This document shows, piece after piece, positions 1-10,243 of a stretch of 64,000 bases of DNA. Under the pieces are notes generated by a model. It saw nothing but the letters and a program-made list of their open reading frames with translations. It ran no database searches and had not been told where the DNA came from. How positions within the stretch are numbered: position 1 is the stretch's first letter; each line of letters begins with the position of its first letter. The stretch spans positions 100,435 through 164,434 of the forward strand of contig CAVRCJ010000015.1 in assembly GCA_963719515.1 (NCBI GenBank). The letters are read 5' to 3'. The position numbers were made by a program, and so were the translations under genes. The DNA is from an uncultured cyanobacterium. GTDB taxonomy: Bacteria > Cyanobacteriota > Cyanobacteriia > CAKZMO01.

Positions 1-519
1 GTTTTTGTAGACGCCCCTTTAGACCAGATGTGCCGTATCGCTGGCGAAGCAAATTTGACGGGCCTGCAGCTCCACGGCAGCGAACCGCCCGAGGACTGTA
101 GTCACCTGCGGCGCTTGTGCCCCGAGGTAGAAGTGATCAAAGCCTTGCGGCTGCGAGGCTCAAATCACAACCTTACGGGTCCAGCGCCCGACGCCCTGCA
201 GGCCGTGGAACCCTACCAAGACCACATCGATACGCTGCTGCTAGACGCCTTCCATCCCCAAGCCTACGGCGGCACCGGTCAAACCTTAGACTGGACGATG
301 CTGCAGGGGTTTCGCCCCCGACAGCCTTGGTTCCTTGCGGGAGGACTAGCGCCCCACAATGTTGCAGCGGCGTTGGCCCAGCTGCAGCCCGACGGGATTG
401 ACCTCTCTAGCGGGGTCGAACAGTCTCCCGGTCAAAAAGACCTCTCTAAGGTGGCACAGCTTTTTCGCGCGCTGGCCTCGCGCCCCGGAGACTTCACTCA
501 AAGTACTCGCTCAATGTGA
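1..519 (+). CDS. trpF: Phosphoribosylanthranilate isomerase (5'-truncated by window edge)
   Basis: Frame is open from position 1 (VFVD...). Motifs QLHGSE, LLLDA...GGTG, LAGGL and GIDLSSGVE are typical of TrpF. Confidence 0.93.
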   Translation, partial: VFVDAPLDQMCRIAGEANLTGLQLHGSEPPEDCSHLRRLCPEVEVIKALRLRGSNHNLTGPAPDALQAVEPYQDHIDTLLLDAFHPQAYGGTGQTLDWTMLQGFRPRQPWFLAGGLAPHNVAAALAQLQPDGIDLSSGVEQSPGQKDLSKVAQLFRALASRPGDFTQSTRSM

Positions 520-559
520 AGAATTTTTGATGATGGATAGCTAACATTCGGGAAAAACG

Positions 560-573
560 GTAAAATTGGATAC
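560..573 (+). promoter_or_regulatory. NtcA-type box GTA-N8-TAC overlapping a TAAAAT -10 element
   Basis: GTAaaattggaTAC at 560-573, TAAAAT at 561-566, upstream of the DUF4278 gene. Confidence 0.6.
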
Positions 574-678
574 AGAAACGAAATTGATTAGCTTTCAGAA
601 GCGATTCAAGCCCCGCCTAGTGAATTGAACCAACCGTTCTTCAAGGCAGCAATATCACTAATTCATTGGGAGATCCAG

Positions 679-1089
679 ATGAAACTTTCCTTCCGCGGCA
701 TTCCTTACCCCTACGAGCCTCAGACTGTTGAGCAGACCGAATCCGACGTTAGCGGCTCCTATCGAGGCTGTCGGATGCTGTTCAACTATCCTCGCCACAT
801 TCCAGCATCCCACCCCGTTGCCACGCTGACCTATCGCGGCGTTCCTTACCAGACGAGCGCAACGGGCGCCATTCAACCCGTCCACCCAGCCCAGCCGCGC
901 CCGCTCCGCGATCTGACAGCGCTCCGCGATCGCCAGCCTCAGATGCAGCGTACGACCATGCAGGATTTGGCGGCTGTCCACAACCAGAATGTATACGCGA
1001 TGCTGGAGCGCCGCATTCAGGCGGCCCGCACCAAGGGAGACCAAAGCCTGCTTGAGCAGCTTGAGCAAGAGCGCCGTCAGCTGGTTTAA
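679..1089 (+). CDS. DUF4278-domain protein with PirA-like C-terminus
   Basis: MKLSFRGIPY and LTYRGVPY repeats (DUF4278). The C-terminus LERRIQAARTKGDQSLLEQLEQE resembles the PirA family from memory. ATG 679 follows GGAG. Confidence 0.7.
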   Translation: MKLSFRGIPYPYEPQTVEQTESDVSGSYRGCRMLFNYPRHIPASHPVATLTYRGVPYQTSATGAIQPVHPAQPRPLRDLTALRDRQPQMQRTTMQDLAAVHNQNVYAMLERRIQAARTKGDQSLLEQLEQERRQLV

Positions 1090-1133
1090 AGGCTGTACCA
1101 CGGCATACCGCAGGGGCTTGGACCCACCAAGCC

Positions 1134-2297
1134 CTAGAAATCAACCCCCCGCTTGAGGTTGATGCCCTTCTCGGCGTAGTGCTTGTGGCAAAACACCTCT
1201 GAGTGGATACTGGCTAAATCAAAATATGCGGGCTGGTGCTTGCACCGGCCCGTAATAATCACGTTGGTGTCTTTGGGCTTGCGCAACAGCGTTTGCACAA
1301 TCGACTCGGCAGGCAGCAGCTCTAGGTCTACTGTCGGGTTAAGCTCGTCTAGAATTAAAGTCTTGTAGAGCCCCGACGCGATCGCCGCCCGAGTGATTTC
1401 CCAGCCGCGCTCGGCTTCCACGTAGTCCAGCTCCTGCTGCTGCCCTCGCCAAACGATCGCATCCCGGCCGCACCGCTGATGGTCGACCAATGCCGGGTAG
1501 CTTTGGCGCAGGGCGGCAATGGCGGCATCCTCCGTATAGCCCCGCCCTCCTTTGAGCCACTGCATAATCAGCACCCGGTGGGACTGGTCTTGGCTGATGC
1601 CGCGCCCGATGGCCTGCAGGGCTTTCCCCAAGGCGCTGGTGGATTTTCCCTTACCATCACCGGTATAGATTTCGATTCCCTTGATGTCGTAAAGATCGCT
1701 GGAATGCTCATACATCCGCATCTCGGAATGGAGATCCGCCACCTCAAGCAGCGCTGAAGGCGCACCGCGTCCGGTGGCAATAATTTCCAGGTGCTCGGGC
1801 TTGCCTGACAGCGTCTGGGCCACTTCTTCTGCAGACAGCAGCCCCAGGTCGAGCACTGGATTCAGCTCATCCAAGACCACCACAGAGTACAGCCCAGAGG
1901 CGATCGCGCCTTTAGCCACATCCCATCCTCTTTGAGCCTCCTGACGATCAAAGCGGGTGACCCCGTCGGCGTCAAAAAACTCCCCCCGCCCCGTCCGCAC
2001 CTGATCGATGAGGTGCGGAAAGCCCTGCTGCAGCGCCTCAATGGCGGCGTCTTCATCGTAGGGTCGCCCCGGCCCCTTAAGAAACCGCAGCAGCAGTACC
2101 CGCGACTGCACCCCGGTCTGAATTCCCAGCCCAATAGAGCGTAGCACCACCCCGAGCGCGGCCTGAGATTTTCCTTTGCCGTCGCCATCGTAGACGTGAA
2201 TTTGCCCCACTAAGCGACCGAACTGTGCCTGAGCCGTCTTGATGCCAATTCCCCGCCCTGTGGAACTGGCCTTTGTTCTGTTCATGGCTTTGGTCAT
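1134..2297 (-). CDS. cobO: Cob(I)yrinic acid a,c-diamide adenosyltransferase, tandem-duplicated cyanobacterial form
   Basis: Two GDGKGKS P-loops, each followed by LDELN and TGR motifs. Confidence 0.9.
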   Translation of the reverse strand: MTKAMNRTKASSTGRGIGIKTAQAQFGRLVGQIHVYDGDGKGKSQAALGVVLRSIGLGIQTGVQSRVLLLRFLKGPGRPYDEDAAIEALQQGFPHLIDQVRTGRGEFFDADGVTRFDRQEAQRGWDVAKGAIASGLYSVVVLDELNPVLDLGLLSAEEVAQTLSGKPEHLEIIATGRGAPSALLEVADLHSEMRMYEHSSDLYDIKGIEIYTGDGKGKSTSALGKALQAIGRGISQDQSHRVLIMQWLKGGRGYTEDAAIAALRQSYPALVDHQRCGRDAIVWRGQQQELDYVEAERGWEITRAAIASGLYKTLILDELNPTVDLELLPAESIVQTLLRKPKDTNVIITGRCKHQPAYFDLASIHSEVFCHKHYAEKGINLKRGVDF

Positions 2298-2604
2298 AAG
2301 TTCACCTTAATTCCCCTCGGTTGCGATCGCTGCGGGCCATAGCTGCGGGCCATAACTGTTGTAGCCAGAGAAGTTTAAGCTCCTTGGGCACCCGTCGCTG
2401 GCGCTACATGGCGCGCATACGACCATATTACAACGCCATATCTAGACTTTAGCCTCTTCGCCAGTCTGGAAAACAGGCTCGGCTTGTCGTCGACTGGGCA
2501 TTCTCGAAAGGCACGACAAGACGTGACAAAATAGTGAGAGCTGAAAGCGCGAGCCAAAACCATTTTGGAAAGCAGACCACCAAAAGACCCTGAGGAAGCG
2601 GCTG

Positions 2605-3195
2605 ATGAACGTCTATTTACTTCCGTTCAAGGTGATATCGACCCAGGCGCTGCTGCTGCTGTTCATCATTGCGATTGAGTCAGTCGTGCTGCGGCGGCGA
2701 CTTAAGTTTTCGCCTCGAAAGAGCGTAGAGTACTCGATGTCGCTAAATTTGCTGTCTCTGGTGGTGGGATGGCTCGTTTTCTTCTCGGGGCTGGCGCTGC
2801 TGGGCAACAGCCCGTCAGCCAACGAGGTGGAGACGGACTTGATCAACCTACTATTTTTGAACGGGCAGCTCCCCAATACGTTTCTTTGGATTGTGATTAC
2901 CGGCTTTATCACCTTTTTTGTGACCGTGTTTATCGAGATATCGGGATTTGTTCAGCTCGAGCAGCTTCGCGGCGAGCACAAGCAGATTGAGATGCGCTAC
3001 GGTCAGCGCAAGCCCCGGTTTCCAATGGGCTATCGGAGAGAGGCAATGTCGGGTCAGCCGGAGACAAAGCCCGCCTATGCGATTTTGATCGCCAACGCCA
3101 CAAGCTATAGCCTCATGCTGATTGTTTTGATTACCCTACAGCTGATCAATCCACTTGGGGAGGGTCCCCTGCGCCTGATTGCCCCAAACTGGTAA
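2605..3195 (+). CDS. fraC: Filament integrity protein FraC
   Basis: Membrane protein with IAIES...SPRKSVEYS..LNLLS..VGW and a C-terminal ILIANATSY. First gene of a fraC-fraD-fraE arrangement. Confidence 0.8.
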   Translation: MNVYLLPFKVISTQALLLLFIIAIESVVLRRRLKFSPRKSVEYSMSLNLLSLVVGWLVFFSGLALLGNSPSANEVETDLINLLFLNGQLPNTFLWIVITGFITFFVTVFIEISGFVQLEQLRGEHKQIEMRYGQRKPRFPMGYRREAMSGQPETKPAYAILIANATSYSLMLIVLITLQLINPLGEGPLRLIAPNW

Positions 3196-3220
3196 CCTTA
3201 CGCCTAGCTCAAGCACCGCT

Positions 3221-4309
3221 ATGCCCAAGATTCCGACGTCTGCCGATTTAATGAAACACGCGGCTACCGCTGTCACCGCATCCAGGCAGCACCTGTGGAC
3301 CACCATTAGGCCCGACCAGGCGTTCTCCTGGCAAACCCTTTTGTTCTTGTCCCTCTTCTCTTGGCTGATGGCGCTGTTTGCATCGGACGCGCCGCTGCTG
3401 TCCGACGCGCCGTCCGAAGGAATCGGTCAGCTGTCTCTACAGGGCTCCCCCACCAAATATGCCTTGTTTACCATGGGGTGGATTTTCCTGACTCTAGCGA
3501 TCGCCTGGCTGTTGAGCGGCTCGCGCCTAAAGATTCCTCTGTTCGATCTAGTTCTCCGGCCGGCCGCTTGGGTAGCAGCAGCAATTCCCTGCATCTTTGG
3601 GTTTCAGGTGTGGTACGACAACAACTTTGAGCCCGCGCTGACGGCTTGGCCCATATTGGCGGCCATCTTTTACCTTTTGCCCCGCTGCGCTAGCTCAAAA
3701 GGCGGCTACAAAATTCCCAAGGTGTCCGAGCGGCAGCATCTGCTGATTATCGTGCTTGTCAGCCTGCTGCTGAGCTGCTGGATTCGCTTTTACTTCCTGG
3801 TGCAGGACTGGGTTGACGGCAACAGCAGCGCCTTCAAGCCCATGCTGCCTGGGCTAGAGGTCGCCACCGATGACCTGCCCGACACCCTGGAGACGATCGC
3901 GGAGCCAGCGCCGGCAGCAGAGCCGCAGACCGCTAGCCCCACCAACGCTAGCCCCACCAACGCTAGGCCCGCCGATATTGCTGAGTCTGTGATTGCTAGC
4001 CAGCTAGAAGCCCTCCCCCTTCCCGAGATTCGGCAGCGCTTGCGCACGGATCTGACCCTCGTTGAGACCCTCAATGCCCAGTTCGACAACGCCCTAGCAG
4101 CTGCTCAGCAAAACCCTGGCTGGACGCTGCAGATTTCGCAGGTGGTGCCGTCGCCGCTGTCGTTTCAGCTTCAGGTTGTGCCCCCCCCTGCTCCCAGCGA
4201 GGCGGCTGGCAATACCCCCATTACCCGAACCTGCCGGGTTTCGCCCGTCGACAATCCTGGCGGTGCCCAGCTCAGTCGGCTAGAGTGTCTTGGCGCACCG
4301 TCCCAATAG
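3221..4309 (+). CDS. fraD: Septal junction protein FraD (DUF5357)
   Basis: FSWQTL motif, several TM helices ending LLSCWIRFYF.VQDW, and a periplasmic domain with a C-terminal Cys pair. Start uncertain. Confidence 0.78.
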   Translation: MPKIPTSADLMKHAATAVTASRQHLWTTIRPDQAFSWQTLLFLSLFSWLMALFASDAPLLSDAPSEGIGQLSLQGSPTKYALFTMGWIFLTLAIAWLLSGSRLKIPLFDLVLRPAAWVAAAIPCIFGFQVWYDNNFEPALTAWPILAAIFYLLPRCASSKGGYKIPKVSERQHLLIIVLVSLLLSCWIRFYFLVQDWVDGNSSAFKPMLPGLEVATDDLPDTLETIAEPAPAAEPQTASPTNASPTNARPADIAESVIASQLEALPLPEIRQRLRTDLTLVETLNAQFDNALAAAQQNPGWTLQISQVVPSPLSFQLQVVPPPAPSEAAGNTPITRTCRVSPVDNPGGAQLSRLECLGAPSQ

Positions 4310-4328
4310 GCTGCGGAGGACAAAGCTC

Positions 4329-5102
4329 ATGTCTTTTCGCAGGCTGTTCGCGATCGCCACCAACGTCTTCCGAGAGGTGATTCGCGATCGCATCCTTTAC
4401 CTGATTGCTCTGTATGCCGTCGCTCTGTTCGCCGTCGCCGCGCTGCTGCCCCAGGTGGCCGCCAACACTCAAGACAAAATTTTGCTGGATGTAGGCCTAG
4501 CGGCGATCGCCTTTATCGGCTTGGCTACGGCCGCCTTTGTTGGGACAGGGCTAGTGCACAAAGAGATTGCCAAGCGTACCCTCTACGCGCTGATGGCTAA
4601 GCCAGTGAGTGCCGCAGAGCTAGTAGTCGGCAAACACCTGGGGCTGACGGCGGTGCTCGGGGTTCTGGTGGGGGCGATGACCTTGGTCTACCTGCTGACC
4701 CTCAGCCTGGGCGGCGTCTCTTATCCACTGTGGGGGCTGCTGCTAGCGGTGGGCTATACCCTGCTAGAGCTCTCGCTAATCGCGGCGGTGGCTTTGCTAT
4801 TTGGCATTGTTACGGGCCCTCTGCTAGCCACGCTGCTCACCCTGGCGGTTTATCTCACCGGTCAGCTCAGCCCCGATTTAATTAAGCTGAGCGCGATCGC
4901 GCTCAGCCCCGCCATCACCCGAATCACAGACGCGCTTTACCTGGTGCTGCCCGATTTGTCTCGCCTCAACTGGCGCAATCAAGCCGTCTACGGAAATCTG
5001 CCCGACCCCACGGCCCTGGCGGGACACGCCCTCTACGGGGTGCTCTACACCGCCTTAATTCTAGCGATCGCCGTGGCGCTGTTTAGCCGCCGCGAGTTTT
5101 AG
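4329..5102 (+). CDS. fraE: ABC-2 type permease FraE
   Basis: IATNVFREVIRDRILY and LPDLSRL...N.AVYG...FSRREF. Follows fraD. Confidence 0.8.
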   Translation: MSFRRLFAIATNVFREVIRDRILYLIALYAVALFAVAALLPQVAANTQDKILLDVGLAAIAFIGLATAAFVGTGLVHKEIAKRTLYALMAKPVSAAELVVGKHLGLTAVLGVLVGAMTLVYLLTLSLGGVSYPLWGLLLAVGYTLLELSLIAAVALLFGIVTGPLLATLLTLAVYLTGQLSPDLIKLSAIALSPAITRITDALYLVLPDLSRLNWRNQAVYGNLPDPTALAGHALYGVLYTALILAIAVALFSRREF

Positions 5103-5200
5103 CTGCTCTTGAGGTCTGCTCAATTCTCGCCTCGCGAATTGTGGCGGCTGAAGGTAATCCTCTCAGCTGCGCTTTCCTCAGCGAGGCGCTGTGCCAGCAT

Positions 5201-6766
5201 CTAACTTTTTTCTGGAGGTAGGCGAAGATTACTTTGCTCAGAGGCAGGCCAAGTAAACCGAAAGATGGCGCCGCTCCCGAGCTCGGACTCAACGGAGATT
5301 TCCCCGCCCTCCATCTCAACAATTCGCTTCACGATCGACAGCCCAATGCCCGTGCTTTCGGCAGTTTTACAAGCCTCAAGCGTCTGAAAGATGTCGAAGA
5401 TGCGCTCGTGATGTTCGGGGTCAATTCCAGGGCCGTTATCGGCGACTGAGAACTCATAGCCTTTTTCCTGTACGCGAGCTGTGATGGTAATGCAGCCGTC
5501 GGGCAAATGATTGTACTTGATCGCATTGCTAATCAGGTTTGCGAAAACCTGATGTAGGGAGAGACGCCGCGCCAAAAGGACCGGCAGATGAGGCTGAATG
5601 TGAACCGTAAAGCTTTCTGGCGGAGCCAACAGATCAATAATTTCAGCCAATAATTCATTCAAATCCACGCGCCCCGGCAGTGTATTGGTCTGGCCAACTC
5701 GAGCGAATTTCAGTAAATCGTCAATCAACGCCTCCATGCGACCAACCCGCTGGCGCAGCAGGCTGATATGGTGCTTCGAGTCTGGCGAAAGCTGATCCGC
5801 ACAGTCTTCTACAATCCAGGCCGATAGGTTATCGATTCCCCGTAGGGGAGCTTTGAGGTCGTGAGAGATTGCGTAAGCAAACTGCTTGAGGTCCCGGTTG
5901 CGATGCTCTAAATTCAGCTTTGCCTCTAGTAAAAGGTTATTTGCTGACGTCAGGGCGCGGGCCTGCTGTGCTAGCTCTGCTTCACTCCGCCGCCGCTCTG
6001 CTTCGACCCGCTTACGCTCGGTGATGTCTATAACGGTCATTACAACGCCATAAATCTGGCTGTCGTTGTACAGAGGAGATAGGGACAAGCTGACATTAAC
6101 CGAGAGGCTCGCCTGCGTTAGGTGAACTTGCTCTTGGTTCAACACCTTTTCATTGTTTAAGGCCTGTTTAACAAGCCCATCAAAGCTGGCCTGCTGAGGC
6201 TCAGGAATCACCGGTAGGGGTTGGGCATAGACTGCCTTTTTTGACCAACCGTAGAGCTGCTCCGCCGCTGGATTCCAGGTCATGACCTTACCCGCTAGGT
6301 TAAAGGTGATGATGCTCGTTGGCGACGCATTGATAATCGTCTGCAATAAATTATCTGTCTTATGCAGCGCCTTTGTAATTTTCTGCCGTTCCTGCCGCTC
6401 TTGGCTTTCCCGCAGTGCCCGGTTTACTGCTGGGACAAGACGCTGCAGTCGCTGCTTCAGCACATAGTCGCCTGCACCCTGCTGTAAAGCCTCAACGGCC
6501 TGCTCCTCCCCCAGCACCCCAGACACCAAAATAAACGGCACGTCGGGGCAAATAGACTGCGCTAGCGCTAGGGCTTCGAGACCATCAAACTTAGGCAAAA
6601 CATAGTCTGCCAAGATCAAATCGAGCGGCTGGGTCCTCAGAATTTCCACAAACGTTTGGCGATCGCTTATCTGAGTGATGATGCTCTCAATGCCACCATT
6701 GATGAGCGTTGCCTCAATTAGCTCACGATCTATTGGATCATCTTCCAGCAGCAGAAAATGAAGCAT
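5201..6766 (-). CDS. Hybrid sensor kinase REC-PAS-HisKA-HATPase
   Basis: LLEDD receiver, WNPAAEQLYGW PAS, SHDLKAPL H-box, NLISNAIKY, DNGPG and GTG-like GIGL boxes. Confidence 0.92.
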   Translation of the reverse strand: MLHFLLLEDDPIDRELIEATLINGGIESIITQISDRQTFVEILRTQPLDLILADYVLPKFDGLEALALAQSICPDVPFILVSGVLGEEQAVEALQQGAGDYVLKQRLQRLVPAVNRALRESQERQERQKITKALHKTDNLLQTIINASPTSIITFNLAGKVMTWNPAAEQLYGWSKKAVYAQPLPVIPEPQQASFDGLVKQALNNEKVLNQEQVHLTQASLSVNVSLSLSPLYNDSQIYGVVMTVIDITERKRVEAERRRSEAELAQQARALTSANNLLLEAKLNLEHRNRDLKQFAYAISHDLKAPLRGIDNLSAWIVEDCADQLSPDSKHHISLLRQRVGRMEALIDDLLKFARVGQTNTLPGRVDLNELLAEIIDLLAPPESFTVHIQPHLPVLLARRLSLHQVFANLISNAIKYNHLPDGCITITARVQEKGYEFSVADNGPGIDPEHHERIFDIFQTLEACKTAESTGIGLSIVKRIVEMEGGEISVESELGSGAIFRFTWPASEQSNLRLPPEKS

Positions 6767-6774
6767 CGACGGTC

Positions 6775-8280
6775 CTACAATTCTGTTTGCGTAGAGGGAA
6801 TCGTGAAGCAGAAGGTCGCTCCCTCATCAATGGTGCCATTTGCCCAGTAGCGCCCATTGTGGCGAGAGATGATCTTTCGGACATTCGCAAGGCCAATGCC
6901 CGTCCCCTCAATTGCCTCGGCGTTGGAGAGGCGCTGAAAGACGCCAAATAGCTTTTCATCGGCTTCCTTCATGTCAAAGCCAATGCCGTTGTCGCCAACC
7001 GAAAAAACAGTCTCATCTTTCTTTGAGCTACCGCTCACGGTAATTTCTGCTTTTTCCCGGCCGCTCGTATACTTAACGGCGTTCTCAATCAGGTTCTGCC
7101 ACACCTGGCGCAGCAAGTTGCGATCGCCTGTCACCTGAGGTAGGGGGTCAATCTGCCAGTCAATGCTTCGTCCCCCCAGACCAAATTCAACCTGTCGTTT
7201 TACCTCCTGCACCAGCCGGTTCATGTTGACGGGGCTGAGCTGCATTTTGGCCCGACCTGTGCGAGAAAATTCCAGCAGATCGTCGATCATGTTTCCAGAG
7301 CGGGTGGCTAGCTCACCAACGGACTGAAGATAGTGCAGGGCCGTTGTATCTAGCGAGGTTAGCTCTATTTGCTCTTTGAGCAACATAGTAAACCCGTCGA
7401 TTTGACGAATAGGCGCTCTCAGTTCGTGGGAGACTGAAAAGGCAAACGCCTCTAGCTCCTGATTGAGGCTCTCTAACCGCGTCGTTCGTTCGCGAACGCG
7501 CTCTTCTAAGGTGCGATTGAGCGACTGCAGCGCAACTTCAGCTTCTTTTTTCGCCGTCACATCGCTGACCAACCCATCAACAACGAGCTTGCCATCAAGC
7601 TCTACAACCGTTTCGCTAACCTGTAGCCAAAGCGGACTGTCTTGGTTCGCTGCAGCTAGCTTAATTTCCCTTTGCCACCGCTTTTGCTCATGCCGACTGT
7701 GACTATTCCAGGCCAGCTCTTCTTGAAAGAAAGGCTGAGCTTCAGAAAGGGAAGAGAATCCCAGCACCTGTAGTAAGCCGTCGCTAGCCTCTAAAAGCTG
7801 CCCCTCCAGGGTTGAGCGAAACACCCCAACCTCGAGCTCATTGAGCAAAAACTGCAGCCGAACCTCCAGCTCTTTAGCTTTGCGGCGAACTTGAGCGTTG
7901 TTCCAGACGGAGCGGACAGCCTCGCTAAGCCGAATGAGATGCTTGGGTGACTTGAGGACGTAGTCGTCCAAACCCGCTTTCATTGCCTCTACCGCAACCT
8001 CCTGGCTGCCAGAGTCAGTAAACATAATCACGGGGCGCTCGGGATCGTGCTCTTTGAGCGCATGCAGGACGTCGAGCCCCGTCGCCCAATTGAGCTCATA
8101 GTCCGTAATCATCAGGTCAAAGTTGTCAACGGCAAACGCTTGGTAAATTTCAGTCCAGTCTAGAGCCTCCTGAATGTGAACATCAGGAAAGGCTCGCTTG
8201 ATCTCTCGAATCGCCAACAGCCGGTCATCAGGATTGTCGTCAATCAGCAAGATTCGCTGTAGCGATCGCTTCATCTCCAT
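6775..8280 (-). CDS. Hybrid sensor kinase REC-PAS-HisKA-HATPase (phytochrome-like kinase core)
   Basis: LIDDNPDD receiver, SHELRAP H-box, NLIENAVKY, DNGIGF and GTGIGLA. Confidence 0.9.
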   Translation of the reverse strand: MEMKRSLQRILLIDDNPDDRLLAIREIKRAFPDVHIQEALDWTEIYQAFAVDNFDLMITDYELNWATGLDVLHALKEHDPERPVIMFTDSGSQEVAVEAMKAGLDDYVLKSPKHLIRLSEAVRSVWNNAQVRRKAKELEVRLQFLLNELEVGVFRSTLEGQLLEASDGLLQVLGFSSLSEAQPFFQEELAWNSHSRHEQKRWQREIKLAAANQDSPLWLQVSETVVELDGKLVVDGLVSDVTAKKEAEVALQSLNRTLEERVRERTTRLESLNQELEAFAFSVSHELRAPIRQIDGFTMLLKEQIELTSLDTTALHYLQSVGELATRSGNMIDDLLEFSRTGRAKMQLSPVNMNRLVQEVKRQVEFGLGGRSIDWQIDPLPQVTGDRNLLRQVWQNLIENAVKYTSGREKAEITVSGSSKKDETVFSVGDNGIGFDMKEADEKLFGVFQRLSNAEAIEGTGIGLANVRKIISRHNGRYWANGTIDEGATFCFTIPSTQTEL

Positions 8281-8331
8281 AGGTCTAAAGGCTAGTACAA
8301 GGCTGTCAAGCTGCGCTTTCCGGTTTAACAA

Positions 8332-8787
8332 TTACGTTGCGGCCAAAATTGGATATTCATTGAGCTGCAGCCAGTAGGCATCCAATGCCACAATCATGTT
8401 GGACAATGCCTCAAAGCTAACCGGCTTGACGAGGTAAGAACTGATGCCCAAGTCATAGGTGCGGTTGATGTCCACATTTTCTTTTGAAGAAGTTAATATC
8501 ACCACCGGAATTCGCCTGATCACGGGCTGTTCCTTCATCCATGACAAAACCTCGATCCCAGATCGGCGCGGCAGCTTTAAGTCTAGCAAAATCAGCGCGG
8601 GGAGCGGATGGCTGTCGCGATCGGCGTATTCTCCTTGACCTGACAAATAGTCTACGGCCTCGTCTCCGTCTTTAACGATCTGAATTGGGCTAAATGCATT
8701 GACCTGTCGAAACGCTCTCTGAATAAAGAGAACATCGTTCGAATCATCTTCGACGAGGAGAACACTGTATCCGTTAAAGGCCATCAT
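8332..8787 (-). CDS. Single-domain response regulator, Rcp1-like
   Basis: LLVEDD, LILLDLKLP, LTSS and YLVKP...YWL. Confidence 0.92.
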   Translation of the reverse strand: MMAFNGYSVLLVEDDSNDVLFIQRAFRQVNAFSPIQIVKDGDEAVDYLSGQGEYADRDSHPLPALILLDLKLPRRSGIEVLSWMKEQPVIRRIPVVILTSSKENVDINRTYDLGISSYLVKPVSFEALSNMIVALDAYWLQLNEYPILAAT

Positions 8788-9029
8788 CTAGTACCTGAAA
8801 TTTTCCCGAACCCATAGCATTGGTCAGCTGATAAGTCGCGTGGTGTAATTTAGCGCAGCGAACCCTCCTCCCCACTATTTATCTAAGATCACTTAAGATT
8901 TCGGCAGGCTGCATCTGGCTGCTTTAGCCAGCATCGATATCGCTAAACTTAACATTGATACCGTAACAACTTGGCAGTTTTAATATCTTTTTCACATTCG
9001 AATGGTTGCACAGGCTGTAGCGATATTGC

Positions 9030-9043
9030 GTACGCTATCGTAC
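9030..9043. promoter_or_regulatory. Palindrome GTACG-N4-CGTAC (also fits GTA-N8-TAC), candidate Crp-family site
   Basis: GTACGctatCGTAC lies between crp and the response regulator gene. Confidence 0.45.
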
Positions 9044-9090
9044 ATAAAGTTTCCCGAACGCGATTTTAGCGTGCTGGAGCTGTAGTTTTG

Positions 9091-9795
9091 TCAAGGAGCA
9101 AGTAAGCGATCGTACTCTGCTTTAACAACGCCATAGCATTTGCAGCAGGCCTGCTTAAGTGCTTCCCGCTCCAAAATTTCAACCTGCCCTCGACTATAGC
9201 GAATTAGGCCAGCTTCCTGCAGGGCGCTAGCGGCGACGGTGACGCTGGCACGCCGGGTGCCCAACATGCTGGCCAAAAAGGCCTGGGTAATCTTTAGCGA
9301 GGAAGACTGAGCGCAATCTTGAGACTGCAAAAGCCAGCGTGCCAGCCGCTCCTCTGTGGGATGGAACCGATTGCAGACGGCGGTTTGACTCACTTGAGCA
9401 ATAAAGGCTTGGGTGTAAAGCAGCAGCAGCTTTTGGAGCGCTTTACCTTCGTTAAAGGCCTTGCTCAACACAACGGCATCGAGGGCGATCGCCTCTCCGG
9501 GGATCTGCACAACGGCCCGGCTCGCGTCATACCGGCCGCCCAGATAGACGGAATACCCCAGCATGCCATCGCTTCCTACAATACCGGCTTCGATGGTCGT
9601 GCCGTCTTCCATGATCTGAACCAATGAGATCATGGCGCAAGTAGGGAAGTAAACCGTCGATATCGTCTCTGCTGCCTCATAGATGATTTGCCCTGATCGA
9701 AGCGTTACGTCTCTAAGATATGGGGCTATTTGCAGGTACTCTGCTTCCGGCAGCAGCGCCAGTAGACGGTTCTGGCTCGCCCGTTTTAAGTTCAA
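9091..9795 (-). CDS. Crp/Fnr family transcriptional regulator
   Basis: QNRLLA, VYFP, AVCNRFH..EERLARWLL and HTH TQAFLASMLGTRRASVT. Confidence 0.92.
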   Translation of the reverse strand: MNLKRASQNRLLALLPEAEYLQIAPYLRDVTLRSGQIIYEAAETISTVYFPTCAMISLVQIMEDGTTIEAGIVGSDGMLGYSVYLGGRYDASRAVVQIPGEAIALDAVVLSKAFNEGKALQKLLLLYTQAFIAQVSQTAVCNRFHPTEERLARWLLQSQDCAQSSSLKITQAFLASMLGTRRASVTVAASALQEAGLIRYSRGQVEILEREALKQACCKCYGVVKAEYDRLLAP

Positions 9796-10027
9796 GGTAT
9801 TTCTCTTATGTTGCGTTCCGTAATCGGTAATGTGGAGAACCGTTTTACGGGTAGGCTGACGACATCACGATGACCAGCCAAGGGTTGCGCTAACTGCCGT
9901 CAAACGCAGCTTTTTCCTATGGCGTGAGCATAGCACCTGCGAGCAATGCGGTTTGATACGATTTGAGCAATGTTGTCTAAACCTTGTCTAAGCTGCAGCT
10001 TAGCTACTAGACAGGAAGCCCCGCGCT

Positions 10028-10210
10028 CTACCCGTCAGGGTGAGCGTCGGGATGAGAGTCGCGGTCGTCGATGGGGCTCAATGCCCCGGAGACGGCCAAA
10101 CTTCGGATGTACTCCCTAAGGACATCGTTGATAGTTCTTTCGGTCATCTCACAATACTTGTCAAGATGCTGCTTTTCTCTGTCAGCGGCTCTAATAGTTA
10201 TTTGCTGCAT
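10028..10210 (-). CDS. Small ribbon-helix-helix (CopG-like) protein inside the IS
   Basis: QITIR beta-strand followed by EKQHLDKYC and RTINDVLREYIRSL helices. Divergent from tnpB. Confidence 0.7.
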   Translation of the reverse strand: MQQITIRAADREKQHLDKYCEMTERTINDVLREYIRSLAVSGALSPIDDRDSHPDAHPDG

Positions 10211-10243
10211 GTCGTTCTGATGTCAATATGCTATCATTATTGC

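Noticed and set aside
575..678. Glutamine (glnA) riboswitch before the DUF4278 gene
   Set aside because: Expected from the family context, but the consensus was not recognisable.
10040..10243. N-terminal extension of TnpB in the ORF track
   Set aside because: Overlaps the left end and the RHH gene. The family-like start is ATG 10244.
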